Made by a program: the position numbers and the translations under genes. A stretch of DNA of 64,000 nucleotides. Origin: an uncultured delta proteobacterium (lineage in GTDB: Bacteria; Desulfobacterota; RBG-13-43-22). Position 1 is the first letter of the stretch. The number at the start of each line of letters is the position of its first letter. Under the pieces are notes generated by a model. The model saw only the letters and a list, made by a program, of their open reading frames with translations, was not told where the DNA came from and did not search any database. Below, one piece after another: positions 1 through 9,536 of this stretch. Location of the stretch: assembly GCA_963843145.1 (NCBI GenBank), contig CAWJJC010000021.1:133616-197615 (forward strand), in the 5' to 3' direction.

Positions 1-602
1 TCGTACTCTACCCCGGGATAGGGTTCTCTCTCGATAACCTCTATCTTTTCAAATCCGCTGTTCTTTAGGCAACTGGCAATAAAATCGGTGGGAAAGAACC
101 TGAAATCTATATCGATTTTCTGGCCGAGAAACTCGTCTAAGAGGATGGTTCCCTCCCCAACGTGGTAGGTGAAAAGGAATACACCGCCCGGCTGTAATAC
201 CCGAAAAACTTCCTGGAAGGCCAGCCCAACCTGTTCTTTTGTGAAATGGACGATAGCGTAGAAGGCGACAACACCGGCTATGGAGTCGGTTGCAAATTCA
301 AGCGCCAGAATATTGCCCTTCTGGAAGTGTATCTCCGGGTGAATTGATCTGGCCTGTTCCAGAATTCCTTCCGACAGATCCAGCCCGGAAATTTCAAGAC
401 CAAGGTTTTTCAGGTAGTTGGCCGTTTGACCGGGACCGCAGCCGAAATCCCAGACCGGTCTTCTGTGTCCGATCTCTTGCGAAAATCGGCGGAGAATTTC
501 GCGGTCTTTTGGTTTCTTTTCGTGCTCCCCGGTGAAGGCTTCGGCATATTCTTTAGCTATATTATCGTACTGGATCGCTACTTGGTTTATATCCTGTCCC
601 AT
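1..602 (-). CDS. Class I SAM-dependent methyltransferase (3' end runs off window)
   Basis: Absent from ORF track; manual translation from ATG at 602: MGQDINQVAIQYDNIAKEYAE...VWDFGCGPGQ...GLDLSEGILEQAR...FRVLQPGGVF, open to base 1. Confidence 0.9.
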   Translation of the reverse strand, partial: MGQDINQVAIQYDNIAKEYAEAFTGEHEKKPKDREILRRFSQEIGHRRPVWDFGCGPGQTANYLKNLGLEISGLDLSEGILEQARSIHPEIHFQKGNILALEFATDSIAGVVAFYAIVHFTKEQVGLAFQEVFRVLQPGGVFLFTYHVGEGTILLDEFLGQKIDIDFRFFPTDFIASCLKNSGFEKIEVIEREPYPGVEY

Positions 603-653
603 TATCGTGGTCCAAGGCTCAAGACGAGGAAACCGCCTTTGGCAATACCTCGA

Positions 654-1022
654 TTACAGGGAATGCAAACCGATCAAATTCCCTTCGGTATCGTAAAGGA
701 GGGAGATGAATCCATATTCGCCGATGGAGGTTTTCCGCTTTTGAATCTTGGCGCCGAGCTTTTCAGCACGGCCCTCTTCAACGGCGCAATCCTCACAAGC
801 GAAGTAGACGATGGTGCTGTTGCCCCCGGACGGGTAGCCCTCCATTTTTACCAAGGCTCCCGAGATCCCCATTTGATCCATCTGCATCGGGAAACTCCAG
901 ATCTCAACGTCCGGGGTATTGAGTCGTTCCAGCTTCACCTCGAAGACATTTTCATAGAAGTTCCTGGCCCGATTCATGTCCTGAACATAGATCTCAAACC
1001 ATCTCACCGGATTATGCGCCAT
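654..1022 (-). CDS. VOC/glyoxalase family protein
   Basis: NPVRWFEIYVQDMNRARNFYENVF ... YDTEGNLIGLHS; GGAG-like RBS upstream. Confidence 0.9.
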   Translation of the reverse strand: MAHNPVRWFEIYVQDMNRARNFYENVFEVKLERLNTPDVEIWSFPMQMDQMGISGALVKMEGYPSGGNSTIVYFACEDCAVEEGRAEKLGAKIQKRKTSIGEYGFISLLYDTEGNLIGLHSL

Positions 1023-1190
1023 TGGAGGTTTCCTTTCATTGTTATTTAAGTATTTTTGGCTAGTCTTATGGTACTAAAATCCTTATGAATGTCAAGAATG
1101 CAAAAAGGGCAGGGGGGCTGGAAAGAGGTTCGATTGCGGTCATGGAATTGAGCAATTATTCGGCCTCATGATAGAAAAGAAATAAAAGGT

Positions 1191-1216
1191 CTGGATCCCG
1201 GCGTTCTCCGGGGGAC
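1191..1216. repeat. Degenerate REP-like half palindrome
   Basis: CTGGATCCCGGCGTTCTCCGGGGGAC resembles the CTGGATTCCGG...CCGGAATGAC arm at 12922-12958. Confidence 0.35.
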
Positions 1217-1265
1217 AACCTCCTCCATTGCCTGAAAATCTCCGAACCGGGAAGCCATTCGGCCC

Positions 1266-1294
1266 TTGACAGATGGGCCGGCGGCTGGTTTAAT
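1266..1294 (+). promoter_or_regulatory. Putative sigma70 promoter of tkt
   Basis: TTGACA-N17-TTTAAT, about 60 bp upstream of the start. Confidence 0.55.
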
Positions 1295-1356
1295 CAGATT
1301 CTTTCAGAGGAACCTGACAGGTAGGAATTCACTTAGGCAAGCAGAGGAAAGGGACC

Positions 1357-3405
1357 ATGGAATCGAACAACCAGCGTTTAGATCAAACCGAAAGTATCCA
1401 ATTTGACAACGAAAAAGACCAATTGTGCATCAACACCATCCGAATGCTGAGCGTCGATGCCGTGCAGCAGGCCAACTCCGGCCACCCGGGGCTGCCCATG
1501 GGGGCGGCTCCCATGGCCTATGTGCTCTGGACGCGTTTTCTGAAGCATAACCCGGCCCACCCGAAGTGGTTTGATCGGGACCGGTTCGTCCTTTCGGCCG
1601 GTCACGGGTCCATGCTGCTCTACAGCCTTCTTTTTCTGACCGGTTATGGTCTGACCTTAGACGATTTGAAATCTTTTCGTCAGTGGGGCAGCAAGACTCC
1701 GGGCCACCCGGAATACGGTCATACCCCCGGTGTGGAAACCACCACCGGTCCTTTGGGGCAGGGTTTGGCCAATGGGGTGGGGATGGCTATGGCCGAAGCC
1801 TTTTTAGCGGCCCGTTACAATCGTCCCGGTTTCCCCTTGGTGGACCACTATACTTACGGGATTGTGAGCGACGGCGATTTGATGGAAGGGGTGTCTCACG
1901 AGGCGGCCTCCCTGGCCGGACACCTGAAGCTGGGCAAGCTGATCTATCTGTACGATGATAATCATATTTCCATCGAAGGCCGTACGGATATCGCCTTCAC
2001 CGAAGACCGACTGAAGCGCTTTGAGGCCTACGAATGGCAGGTGCAGCGGGTGGAAGACGGCAATGATTTGGAGGCCATCGTCCGGGCTATCCAGACCGCC
2101 CAAAAGGAAACACAACGCCCTTCCCTGATCGCCGTTCGGACGATGATCGGCTGGGGAAGTCCCAACAAGCAGAATAAGGCCTCGGCCCATGGGGAACCCC
2201 TGGGGGTGGAGGAAGTGGGCCTGACCAAGGCCAATTTGTGCTGGCCGGCGGAACCCTCGTTTTATGTGCCCGAACCGGCCCTGGCGGTTTTTCGGCAAGC
2301 GGTCGATCAGGGGAAAAAAAACGAAGCCGAGTGGTCCTCTCTGGAGCGGTCGTATGAACAGCTTTTCCCGGAACCGGCCCTGGAATTCAAACAGGTTCTT
2401 CGGGGTGAACTGCCGAAAGGCTGGGACGCGGACATTCCTTCCTTCCCGGCCGATCCCAAGGGCACGGCCACCCGCAACACCTCGGGCAAGGTGCTGAACG
2501 CCCTTGCCGCCCGGATTCCGTATCTGCTTGGCGGCTCGGCCGACCTGGCCCCTTCCACAAAAACGTTGATTGCCGGCTCCCAGGATTTTACCCCTGGGCA
2601 GTTCGATCAGCGCAATATCCATTTCGGCGTCCGGGAACACGGTATGGGTTCAATTCTGAACGGGATGGCCCTGCATGGCGGCGTGATCCCCTATGGTGCC
2701 ACCTTTTTGATCTTCTCCGATTACATGCGGCCGCCCATGCGGCTGGCGGCCATGATGGGGATAAAGGTAATTTACGTCTTCACCCACGACAGTATCGGCC
2801 TGGGTGAGGACGGCCCGACCCACCAGCCCATCGAACAGTTGGCCGGCCTCCGCTCCGTTCCCAACCTGACGGTCATCCGCCCGGCCGATGCCAACGAAAC
2901 GGCCGAGGCCTGGCGTCAGGCCATCCGGCTCGATGGACCGGTAGCCCTGATTCTGACTCGGCAAAATGTCCCGACTTTGGACCGAACCCGAATGAATCCG
3001 GCCTCCGGCCTAGCCCGGGGCGGGTATGTCGTCAATAGATTGGAGGGGAAAAAACCGGCGATCATCCTGATCGGGACCGGATCCGAGCTGTCCCTGGCTT
3101 TGGAAGCGGCGGCCCAACTGGAGGCCCGGGGGAAAGCGGTCCAGGTGGTCAGTCTGCCGAGTTGGGAATTGTTTGATCGTCAGCCCCAATCCTATCGGGA
3201 TGAAGTGCTGCCCCCGACCGTCAAGGCCCGGGTGTCGATCGAGGCCGGCAGCCCCCAGGGCTGGGAACGCTACGTGGGGGACCAGGGCCGGATCATCGGC
3301 CTCGATCACTTCGGCGCCTCGGCTCCCTACAAGATTCTCTATCAACAGTTCGGGATAACGGTGGAGCGGCTGGTCGAAGCGGCCCTGCAGGTATCGGAGG
3401 GGTAA
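1357..3405 (+). CDS. tkt: Transketolase
   Basis: [35 protein letters not shown]-type TPP motif (SDGDLMEG), [18 protein letters not shown]. Confidence 0.98.
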   Translation: MESNNQRLDQTESIQFDNEKDQLCINTIRMLSVDAVQQANSGHPGLPMGAAPMAYVLWTRFLKHNPAHPKWFDRDRFVLSAGHGSMLLYSLLFLTGYGLTLDDLKSFRQWGSKTPGHPEYGHTPGVETTTGPLGQGLANGVGMAMAEAFLAARYNRPGFPLVDHYTYGIVSDGDLMEGVSHEAASLAGHLKLGKLIYLYDDNHISIEGRTDIAFTEDRLKRFEAYEWQVQRVEDGNDLEAIVRAIQTAQKETQRPSLIAVRTMIGWGSPNKQNKASAHGEPLGVEEVGLTKANLCWPAEPSFYVPEPALAVFRQAVDQGKKNEAEWSSLERSYEQLFPEPALEFKQVLRGELPKGWDADIPSFPADPKGTATRNTSGKVLNALAARIPYLLGGSADLAPSTKTLIAGSQDFTPGQFDQRNIHFGVREHGMGSILNGMALHGGVIPYGATFLIFSDYMRPPMRLAAMMGIKVIYVFTHDSIGLGEDGPTHQPIEQLAGLRSVPNLTVIRPADANETAEAWRQAIRLDGPVALILTRQNVPTLDRTRMNPASGLARGGYVVNRLEGKKPAIILIGTGSELSLALEAAAQLEARGKAVQVVSLPSWELFDRQPQSYRDEVLPPTVKARVSIEAGSPQGWERYVGDQGRIIGLDHFGASAPYKILYQQFGITVERLVEAALQVSEG

Positions 3406-3623
3406 GATTCAATAACTTTGCCGGGAGGACTACCGGAGGTAAAATCCAGATCCGGGAAAGGAACGTCCGCCAATGACCGGAGTCTCCCCGCCGAAATCCG
3501 CTGCCGGCAATATGCTGGCTTTTTCGACTCGAAATACACACTTCCGGCTATTTACTTTTTCCCCATCGGCCGGTATATTGAAATCTACTAAAGAAAAAAA
3601 CCATCCAGCGAAGGGAGAAAGCC

Positions 3624-3902
3624 ATGGAGGAAAAGGAAAAATACAGAGCCCAAGTACAAGCCCAAATGATTAAATTCCACGAAACCTTATCCGAGATCAA
3701 ATTGAAGATGCAGAAGAGGAACGAAAACCAACCGGATCTGTCCCTGGATCCCTTCATTCAAAAACATGAAAAGGCCCAGGCCAAGTTGAAGGAATTGGAG
3801 CAGGCCGATGAAAAGAGTTGGCCCGTGGCCAAAGCCGAACTGGACGACATGATGGGCGACATGGACGCCGAACTGAGGAAGGCCTGGGCCTATTTACCTT
3901 AA
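3624..3902 (+). CDS. Small coiled-coil hypothetical protein
   Basis: 92 aa, charged and helical, GGGAGA RBS; pattern KLKELEQADEKSWPVAKAELD. Confidence 0.7.
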   Translation: MEEKEKYRAQVQAQMIKFHETLSEIKLKMQKRNENQPDLSLDPFIQKHEKAQAKLKELEQADEKSWPVAKAELDDMMGDMDAELRKAWAYLP

Positions 3903-3960
3903 ACTAATTTGATGTTCAGCAGGTGTTTGAGGTAAGAATACCAAGGGTAGGCATGATTTT

Positions 3961-4170
3961 TTATTCGGAGAGTATGACCTTGACCCGGCCGACCAGCCCG
4001 CCGATCAGTCGCACTTTTATCCCGTGGGGGTGAGTGGGCGATTTGGTGAGAATCTCCTGGACGATTCCTGCGGTCAGTTTCCCGGAACGCTGGTCCTGTT
4101 TCTGCACTACCTGCACCCGGGTTCCCGGCTGGATATCAGATCTCTTTTTGCCGTCCATTGCTGAAGCCAT
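3961..4170 (-). CDS. YwbE family protein
   Basis: VVQKQDQRSGKLTAGIVQEILTKSPTHPHGIKVRL...VGRV signature. Confidence 0.9.
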   Translation of the reverse strand: MASAMDGKKRSDIQPGTRVQVVQKQDQRSGKLTAGIVQEILTKSPTHPHGIKVRLIGGLVGRVKVILSE

Positions 4171-4289
4171 CTAGGTTTTTCCAAGGCCTATCCTCGAATA
4201 AGGGATTGATCGGCCAGCAGGTCGGCCAAATATGGAAAATAGACGATAAGGTTGCCATCTTACCTTTTCGAGGACAACAGGTAACCTCT

Positions 4290-4688
4290 CTATAGCCATT
4301 CCACTGGCACAAGACCACCCACTTTTTTGAAATCGGGGTCCCCGGTGAGGATGGAGGCCTGGAAGCGGATAGCCGTGGCGGCGGCGAAGCAATCGGCATA
4401 AGAAATGGGGTGCCGGGCCTTGATTTCTGCCGCTTTCCAGATAAGGTCGCTGTCGGGGAGGACAATTTCAATGGGTAGACGCAGGAAGTTTTCAAGAAAT
4501 ATTTTCGCTTCCGGCAGGCCGGACCGGCGGATTACCAAATAATAGACTTCCCCCAGATTGATCTGGTTCATATAGCCTTTGAGGGATTGATCCCGGCAGG
4601 CCATCAACAGAGAGCGGACTTTCTGATAGCCTTTTTCTTTCTGGACCCACCTTAAAACGGCGTGGGAATCAAACAGAATGGGGGTCAT
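4290..4688 (-). CDS. vapC: VapC-type PIN-domain toxin
   Basis: ILFDSHAV, NLGEVYY, SYADCFAAATA, LTGDPDF acidic PIN residues; overlaps upstream antitoxin. Confidence 0.9.
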   Translation of the reverse strand: MTPILFDSHAVLRWVQKEKGYQKVRSLLMACRDQSLKGYMNQINLGEVYYLVIRRSGLPEAKIFLENFLRLPIEIVLPDSDLIWKAAEIKARHPISYADCFAAATAIRFQASILTGDPDFKKVGGLVPVEWL

Positions 4689-4920
4689 CGATCCGATTGT
4701 CCTTTTTCCTTTCCTCGATCAATTCGTCAGCCAAGGACCCCGGCTGGTCTTTTAAAAAGCCGGTGAGGAATTCGATGGGATCGTCCGGAAGCGCTCGGAT
4801 TTCCACATGGTCGTCCACCCATTTAACGGACAGCGATTTACCCGGAGTAGCACCCATTTTATTTCGTATTTCTTTTGGCAAAACAATTTGACCTTTAGAG
4901 TATGTTTTGACGATTGGCAT
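4669..4920 (-). CDS. AbrB/MazE/SpoVT-family antitoxin
   Basis: SKGQIVLPKEIRNKMG swapped-hairpin motif, directly upstream of PIN gene. Confidence 0.9.
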   Translation of the reverse strand: MPIVKTYSKGQIVLPKEIRNKMGATPGKSLSVKWVDDHVEIRALPDDPIEFLTGFLKDQPGSLADELIEERKKDNRIDDPHSV

Positions 4921-4944
4921 TTTAAATATCCTTCCAAAAAAAAG

Positions 4945-4988
4945 TTATACTTTGTAATTAAAGTATAAAAATTTAGCGCTGTTGTCAA
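4945..4988 (-). promoter_or_regulatory. Toxin-antitoxin promoter with palindromic operator
   Basis: TTGACA (4988-4983)-N17-TACTTT; perfect inverted repeat TTATACTTT-N6-AAAGTATAA at 4945-4968 overlaps the -10. Confidence 0.7.
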
Positions 4989-5320
4989 TAAATTTTAATG
5001 ATTTCTATCCGCCATTCGAGACAGCTTTCTAGAAATCCCACCCCAACACCCCCGACTACGATGGCAACAACGCCCAAAACGCCGTTGATATTCGGGTACC
5101 CAGGGCCGAAAAACAGCCAGGTCAGGGAAGCAGAGCAGGACAATCAACGTCCGTGAAGTCTCGGCAAAAGGGATTCCCCTATTGTTTGGTGAATTCTAAC
5201 CCGGAAGGGAAGGCTTAGAGGCTTAGGGGGCTTCGGACCGGTCAGTTTGGGGATAGGAGGGCGGAGGGAATGAGTAAAATCCAATAAGGAGAAAGACAGG
5301 ACCCCTTCTAGAAATATTAA

Positions 5321-5362
5321 TGATTCAGGCCGGTTCAATAAAAACAAAGCCGGCCTGAATCA
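5321..5362 (-). terminator. Stem-loop downstream of the lipoprotein gene
   Basis: TGATTCAGGCCGG ... CCGGCCTGAATCA, 13-bp perfect inverted repeat; no clear U-tract. Confidence 0.5.
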
Positions 5363-5377
5363 ATGACCTTTTACTGC

Positions 5378-5728
5378 CTATGCCCGGTTATAAGTACCCG
5401 TTCCTCCTAATGAATTCAGCGTGAAACTATTGACCGCCGTGGCAGTCAGATTAATAGTGGCCGGCTGGCTGGCTCCCGTGGAGATCGTTACCTGGGTTCC
5501 CGATTGAGTCCAGGTGAAGTTTGAATTGATACTCCCTTGGTAAGAGCCGGTTCCATTTGAATTGAAGACAATTGTTGGAGGAAAATTCCCATTGGAACTG
5601 GTCAATTTCCAGGTGCCGATTAATGTGGAGGAAGCGTCTCCTCCGCTGTTCGTGCCGCTGCTGCTGCAACCCATTCCCAGAGCCAAAACCAGAACCAAGG
5701 TCACTAATAAATAAATTTTTAAACGCAT
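5378..5728 (-). CDS. Small Ser/Thr/Gly-rich lipoprotein (lipocalin-like beta protein)
   Basis: MRLKIYLLVTLVLVLALGMGC lipobox; LIGTWKL motif; AGGAGG RBS before ATG 5728. Confidence 0.75.
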   Translation of the reverse strand: MRLKIYLLVTLVLVLALGMGCSSSGTNSGGDASSTLIGTWKLTSSNGNFPPTIVFNSNGTGSYQGSINSNFTWTQSGTQVTISTGASQPATINLTATAVNSFTLNSLGGTGTYNRA

Positions 5729-5832
5729 CTCTTTTCCCTCCTCCTTAAAATAGATTTTGCTTATAAATGGTTTAGTCAATGAAAGGGTTTATCAGGTTAA
5801 AAAAATAATTATTCTTTTTCTTTTTTTTAAAA

Positions 5833-6555
5833 TCACGGGTTGACTGATTTATTTCCCTCGAGGGTCAAAACCTGTATATCGGCATAATCACCAATCGCGT
5901 GCGAATGGGTATCGTCCGAGTCGGTTAATACCGCCAATCCGGAGGTCGTCGGACTTTTTTCGGCCTCGCCGTAGAGCTCGCGATAATCGGCAAGCACATT
6001 CCTCCTTTCGTTCACCCAGGCCCCCTGGCGGGACCGTCCGCTGCGAACCACTACGATTTTGGTCGTCGAGGAATAGGGGGAGGCAAAGGTGGTCCCGGCC
6101 GGAAGCGTGTCACTCCAGATATATTTGATCGTTTTGATAAATGGCCAATGGCCGAAAACCACGTACAGACCGAGGACGCTGTCGTTTCGGCTTCTTTCCC
6201 GCTCGTTGCTGTTAACCGGGAAAACCACGGCTCGCCACTGCCATTGCAGCAGGGGAAATTCCCGCAGGGCCCAGGGATGTTCGTAGCCCAGTTGGTCTCT
6301 CGTACCCTTGGCGTCCGCATGGAGAAACCGTTTGCCATTCTCTGCCTGGACCGAATAGACCCGGTTGGCGCTTTTCTCGTCCCACGATATCCAACCTGAA
6401 GGCAACTTGCCGATCTCATCGGCCTGAAAGTTTATCCGGAACGGGGTCTGGGCGAACAGCCTGGTTGAACACCCCAGGAAGATGATGAGGATCATCATCC
6501 CCATCCGTTCGTGCCGGGTGTAAATCCGCCCCCTTGGCCAGTGGGTTATATTCAT
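5833..6555 (-). CDS. DUF3047-like exported protein
   Basis: FPLLQWQWR, IKYIWS, GAWVNERRNVLADYRELYG, AVLTDSDDT; signal-peptide-like N-terminus. Confidence 0.8.
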   Translation of the reverse strand: MNITHWPRGRIYTRHERMGMMILIIFLGCSTRLFAQTPFRINFQADEIGKLPSGWISWDEKSANRVYSVQAENGKRFLHADAKGTRDQLGYEHPWALREFPLLQWQWRAVVFPVNSNERERSRNDSVLGLYVVFGHWPFIKTIKYIWSDTLPAGTTFASPYSSTTKIVVVRSGRSRQGAWVNERRNVLADYRELYGEAEKSPTTSGLAVLTDSDDTHSHAIGDYADIQVLTLEGNKSVNP

Positions 6556-6618
6556 AAGATCAACTTAAAAAACAATCCTGGAAAGACTTCCCGGACGATT
6601 GAGGAGGATTGAATTTTA

Positions 6619-7575
6619 TCATAGTTGCCGCTCTCCCCAGCGAGGAGATTTCTCCGGTTTTCCGGGTTTTACCTTGATTCCCTGCTTGTTAACCCAATCC
6701 CTTCCCGCCTCGGCTAATTGCCGGTTGCCGCATCCCATAAAATTTTCAGCCATTCTAATATAACCATATTCTTGCAAAGCTCGTATCAACTGGGCTTCGG
6801 TCCCGGGTTCTCCGCGGCGGATAAAGAAGGCGTGGGCCCCGGTGACGGCTTCCAGGTTTCCATTTTTGAAGGCGGCAAGCAGAAACGCCTCGGCCTCGGG
6901 GTCCCGAATTTCACCCAGGGCCACTGCGGCCCTGCGTCTGACGGTAGCGGCCTTTTCGTCTTGGAATAAGGCCATCAAAGGCCCGACGGCCCGCGGGTCC
7001 TTGATCTTCCCCAGGGCGATAGCCGCTGTTCGACGAACCTCTTCTTTTCCATCCTGCAGGGTGGCGATCAGTCTTTCCACCGCCCGGGGGTCGTTGATTT
7101 TACCCAGTGATCGGGCGGCCTCGGCTCGGACTTCGGCATCTTTATCCCCCAAGGGTTCCAGCAGCGGCTCAACCGCTCGCGACTCTTTAAATTTACCCAA
7201 AGCGGCTGCTGCTTTACGCCGAACATAACTTTCCGGATCGTGTAAGGCCTGGATCAGGGGATCGATGGCCCGGGGGTCTTTGATCTCTCCCAAGGCACTG
7301 GCAGCCCGACGGCGGACGTAGCCTTTGGGATCCTGAAGGGCTTTGGTCAGGGCCGGTACGGCCCGGGGGTCCTTCATTTTTCCCAAGGCGGAGGCCGCCT
7401 GACTTCGAACCGCCCAATCGGGATTTCCCAGGTCCTGGATTAACCGGTCCATATTCCCGGCGGCCGGCTGCGCTTCCGCCGAAACCCATCCCGGTGAGAG
7501 GAGAAGAAGAGTCCAGAGGGCGATCCATAAAAGATTAGAGGTCGTCTTCCGATTAGAACGCTCGGCCATCGTCAT
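6619..7575 (-). CDS. Exported HEAT-repeat (PBS-lyase-like) protein
   Basis: Six ~31-aa repeats VRxxAAxALGxIKDPRAVxxLxxAL after a signal peptide. Confidence 0.9.
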   Translation of the reverse strand: MTMAERSNRKTTSNLLWIALWTLLLLSPGWVSAEAQPAAGNMDRLIQDLGNPDWAVRSQAASALGKMKDPRAVPALTKALQDPKGYVRRRAASALGEIKDPRAIDPLIQALHDPESYVRRKAAAALGKFKESRAVEPLLEPLGDKDAEVRAEAARSLGKINDPRAVERLIATLQDGKEEVRRTAAIALGKIKDPRAVGPLMALFQDEKAATVRRRAAVALGEIRDPEAEAFLLAAFKNGNLEAVTGAHAFFIRRGEPGTEAQLIRALQEYGYIRMAENFMGCGNRQLAEAGRDWVNKQGIKVKPGKPEKSPRWGERQL

Positions 7576-8606
7576 TCCTCCTTTTGTTTAGAGGACGCGG
7601 GGATTAATGTCTTCTGTCCTGAGGGTTCCTTGGGGATGACCATTCGGTAACGGACCTCCCCGGCGGCCGAAACGATTTGAACGATCATCTCATTTTTTTT
7701 GATCCACAAGTAGGCGAACCCCGGCTCCGGGAAATTGAACAGGGCTCGGGGACCGGTCTCTTCTTCCGGTCGCAGTTTGCCCGCCGAGCCGGAGACCACC
7801 AGCGGCAGCCCGCAGTCGGCTTTCAGTACCTGCTGTTTGTGCTCATGCGCAGAGAGATACAGGTCGACCTTCCCACAGAGCAGAGGGAGGACGTCTTCGA
7901 TCAGGAAATCGGTATTCCCGTGATAGCCGTAGGAAAAAATGGGCTTGTGCCCCATCACCAAATTCCAGCGGGCCTGGGAGTTTTCCAGTTCCTGCCTCAG
8001 CCAAGCCTTCTGGACCTTGGAACTTTGAAAAGAATTGGTATTCAGGGCTATTATTTTAACATCGCCGATGCTCAAGGAATAGATATCCGAGGGCATCCGC
8101 CAGGTTTTGGATTTCTTGGTATAGTCGATCTGGGCCCGCCAGTTATACATCTTACCGTTCCGGCCCCAGTCGTGTTCCCCCAGGATGGCAAAAATCGGCA
8201 GCCCCAGTCCGGCATAGGGTTTTTCAAATTTTTCAAGGAATTGGGGGTCGTTGTCCGAAGAGACCCCGGCTGGGTGTATATTGTCGCCCAGCATGAGGGC
8301 CAGATGGCAGCCCTGATGGGCGCAGAAATCTTTCATGGCCTGGGCCACTTTGAACTGAATCTCGTCGCCGGTGCCGCTGTCCCCGAAAACCAAAATCTTT
8401 AGTCCTTCGGCCGCGATGGTCTTTTCCGTTACCGGAAGTGGAAAGTCGCGCGGAAGCACGATATCCACCGGATGTTCCTCTATCGGTTCATCAGGCAGGG
8501 TGACGGCCGCCTGCGAGAAGGGGTAGATGAAGAGAAAACTGAACAGGGCAAATCCAGTGATTAAAAACCGGCGCCTGGATAAAATCCTTTGGTTGAATAA
8601 TTCCAT
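7572..8606 (-). CDS. Exported acid-phosphatase-like metallophosphoesterase, Tat signal
   Basis: SRRRFL twin-arginine motif; GDSG, GDNIH, GEHD, GHKP, AHEH motifs. Confidence 0.85.
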   Translation of the reverse strand: MELFNQRILSRRRFLITGFALFSFLFIYPFSQAAVTLPDEPIEEHPVDIVLPRDFPLPVTEKTIAAEGLKILVFGDSGTGDEIQFKVAQAMKDFCAHQGCHLALMLGDNIHPAGVSSDNDPQFLEKFEKPYAGLGLPIFAILGEHDWGRNGKMYNWRAQIDYTKKSKTWRMPSDIYSLSIGDVKIIALNTNSFQSSKVQKAWLRQELENSQARWNLVMGHKPIFSYGYHGNTDFLIEDVLPLLCGKVDLYLSAHEHKQQVLKADCGLPLVVSGSAGKLRPEEETGPRALFNFPEPGFAYLWIKKNEMIVQIVSAAGEVRYRMVIPKEPSGQKTLIPASSKQKEE

Positions 8607-8695
8607 TTGAATTAATTTTTATACTCTATTACCGTGATTCTCAAGAATTTTTTCTAATAAAACAGAAATACTAGTTGAATGGAGGTCTGTTTTAA

Positions 8696-9511
8696 ATGCC
8701 AAAAAGAACTATCACCCTGGTTTCGTTACTCATTCTGAACCTTTTCACCTGGACCGCCGCCTGGGTCTGGGCGGCTCCATTATCTCTGGACCAAAACATC
8801 AAGGCGATTTTGGCCAAACAGACCGAAGTCAAAAACGGGTTTGATTTCGTGGCCCTGGGGGACAGCCGGGATGGGGCGGACATTTATGCCCGCTTGTTAA
8901 CCCGGGCCATGAGCCTCCATCCTCTTTTTATCCTCCATACGGGAGATTTTGTAAAAAGTGGGGACCCGGTCGAATATGAAAACTATAGGAAACAAATCGC
9001 CGCGCTGGATATCCCGATAGTGCACCTTCCGGGAAATCATGACGTCCGTGCCGGGCAAGACATCTATCGTCGATATGTAGGAGAAGCTAACTGGTATTTC
9101 GACCTGGGGGATATCCGCTTCATCGGCTTGGATAACGGAAGTGGAAAGTTTACACCGGAGGCCTTGGCCTTAGCCCGGCATGCGCTCACCAGCCAAAAAA
9201 CCTGTCTGGTAGCCTTCCATTACCCTCCGGCGGTAGGCCGTTGGAGCGTTCACGCCATGATCGACGACCAAAAAGGAGGGCAGGGCGGATTGGTATTGGA
9301 TTTAATAAAAAAAGCCAAAGCGCCCCTGGTCTTCCTCGGGCATATCCATCTTTATGATGAAATGGACATCGACGGCACCCAATACGTCATTACCGCCGGA
9401 GGAGGCGCCAGGCTCTATAGTAAATATAATTTCGGAAAAGCGGAATACGGTTTTCTTCTCGTCCAGGTAAGGCCCCAGGGGATTACCCACCGCTGGGTGC
9501 CATTGGACTAA
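8696..9511 (+). CDS. Exported calcineurin-like metallophosphoesterase
   Basis: GDSR, HTGDFV, PGNHD, FHYP, GHIH; Sec signal peptide. Confidence 0.9.
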   Translation: MPKRTITLVSLLILNLFTWTAAWVWAAPLSLDQNIKAILAKQTEVKNGFDFVALGDSRDGADIYARLLTRAMSLHPLFILHTGDFVKSGDPVEYENYRKQIAALDIPIVHLPGNHDVRAGQDIYRRYVGEANWYFDLGDIRFIGLDNGSGKFTPEALALARHALTSQKTCLVAFHYPPAVGRWSVHAMIDDQKGGQGGLVLDLIKKAKAPLVFLGHIHLYDEMDIDGTQYVITAGGGARLYSKYNFGKAEYGFLLVQVRPQGITHRWVPLD

Positions 9512-9536
9512 CTTTTTATTCCAGTCGCCTCGTTCC

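Noticed and set aside
4290-4920. Toxin-antitoxin pair as marker of a mobile element
   Set aside because: No integrase, transposase or att-like repeats nearby; ordinary chromosomal VapBC
4985-5140. Short hydrophobic minus-strand ORF (LTWLFFGPGYPNINGVLGVVAIVVGG...)
   Set aside because: No RBS or convincing start; at most an unassignable fragment
6900-7420. CRISPR-like periodic repeats
   Set aside because: About 93-bp period encodes HEAT repeats; no constant repeat with unique spacers and no cas genes
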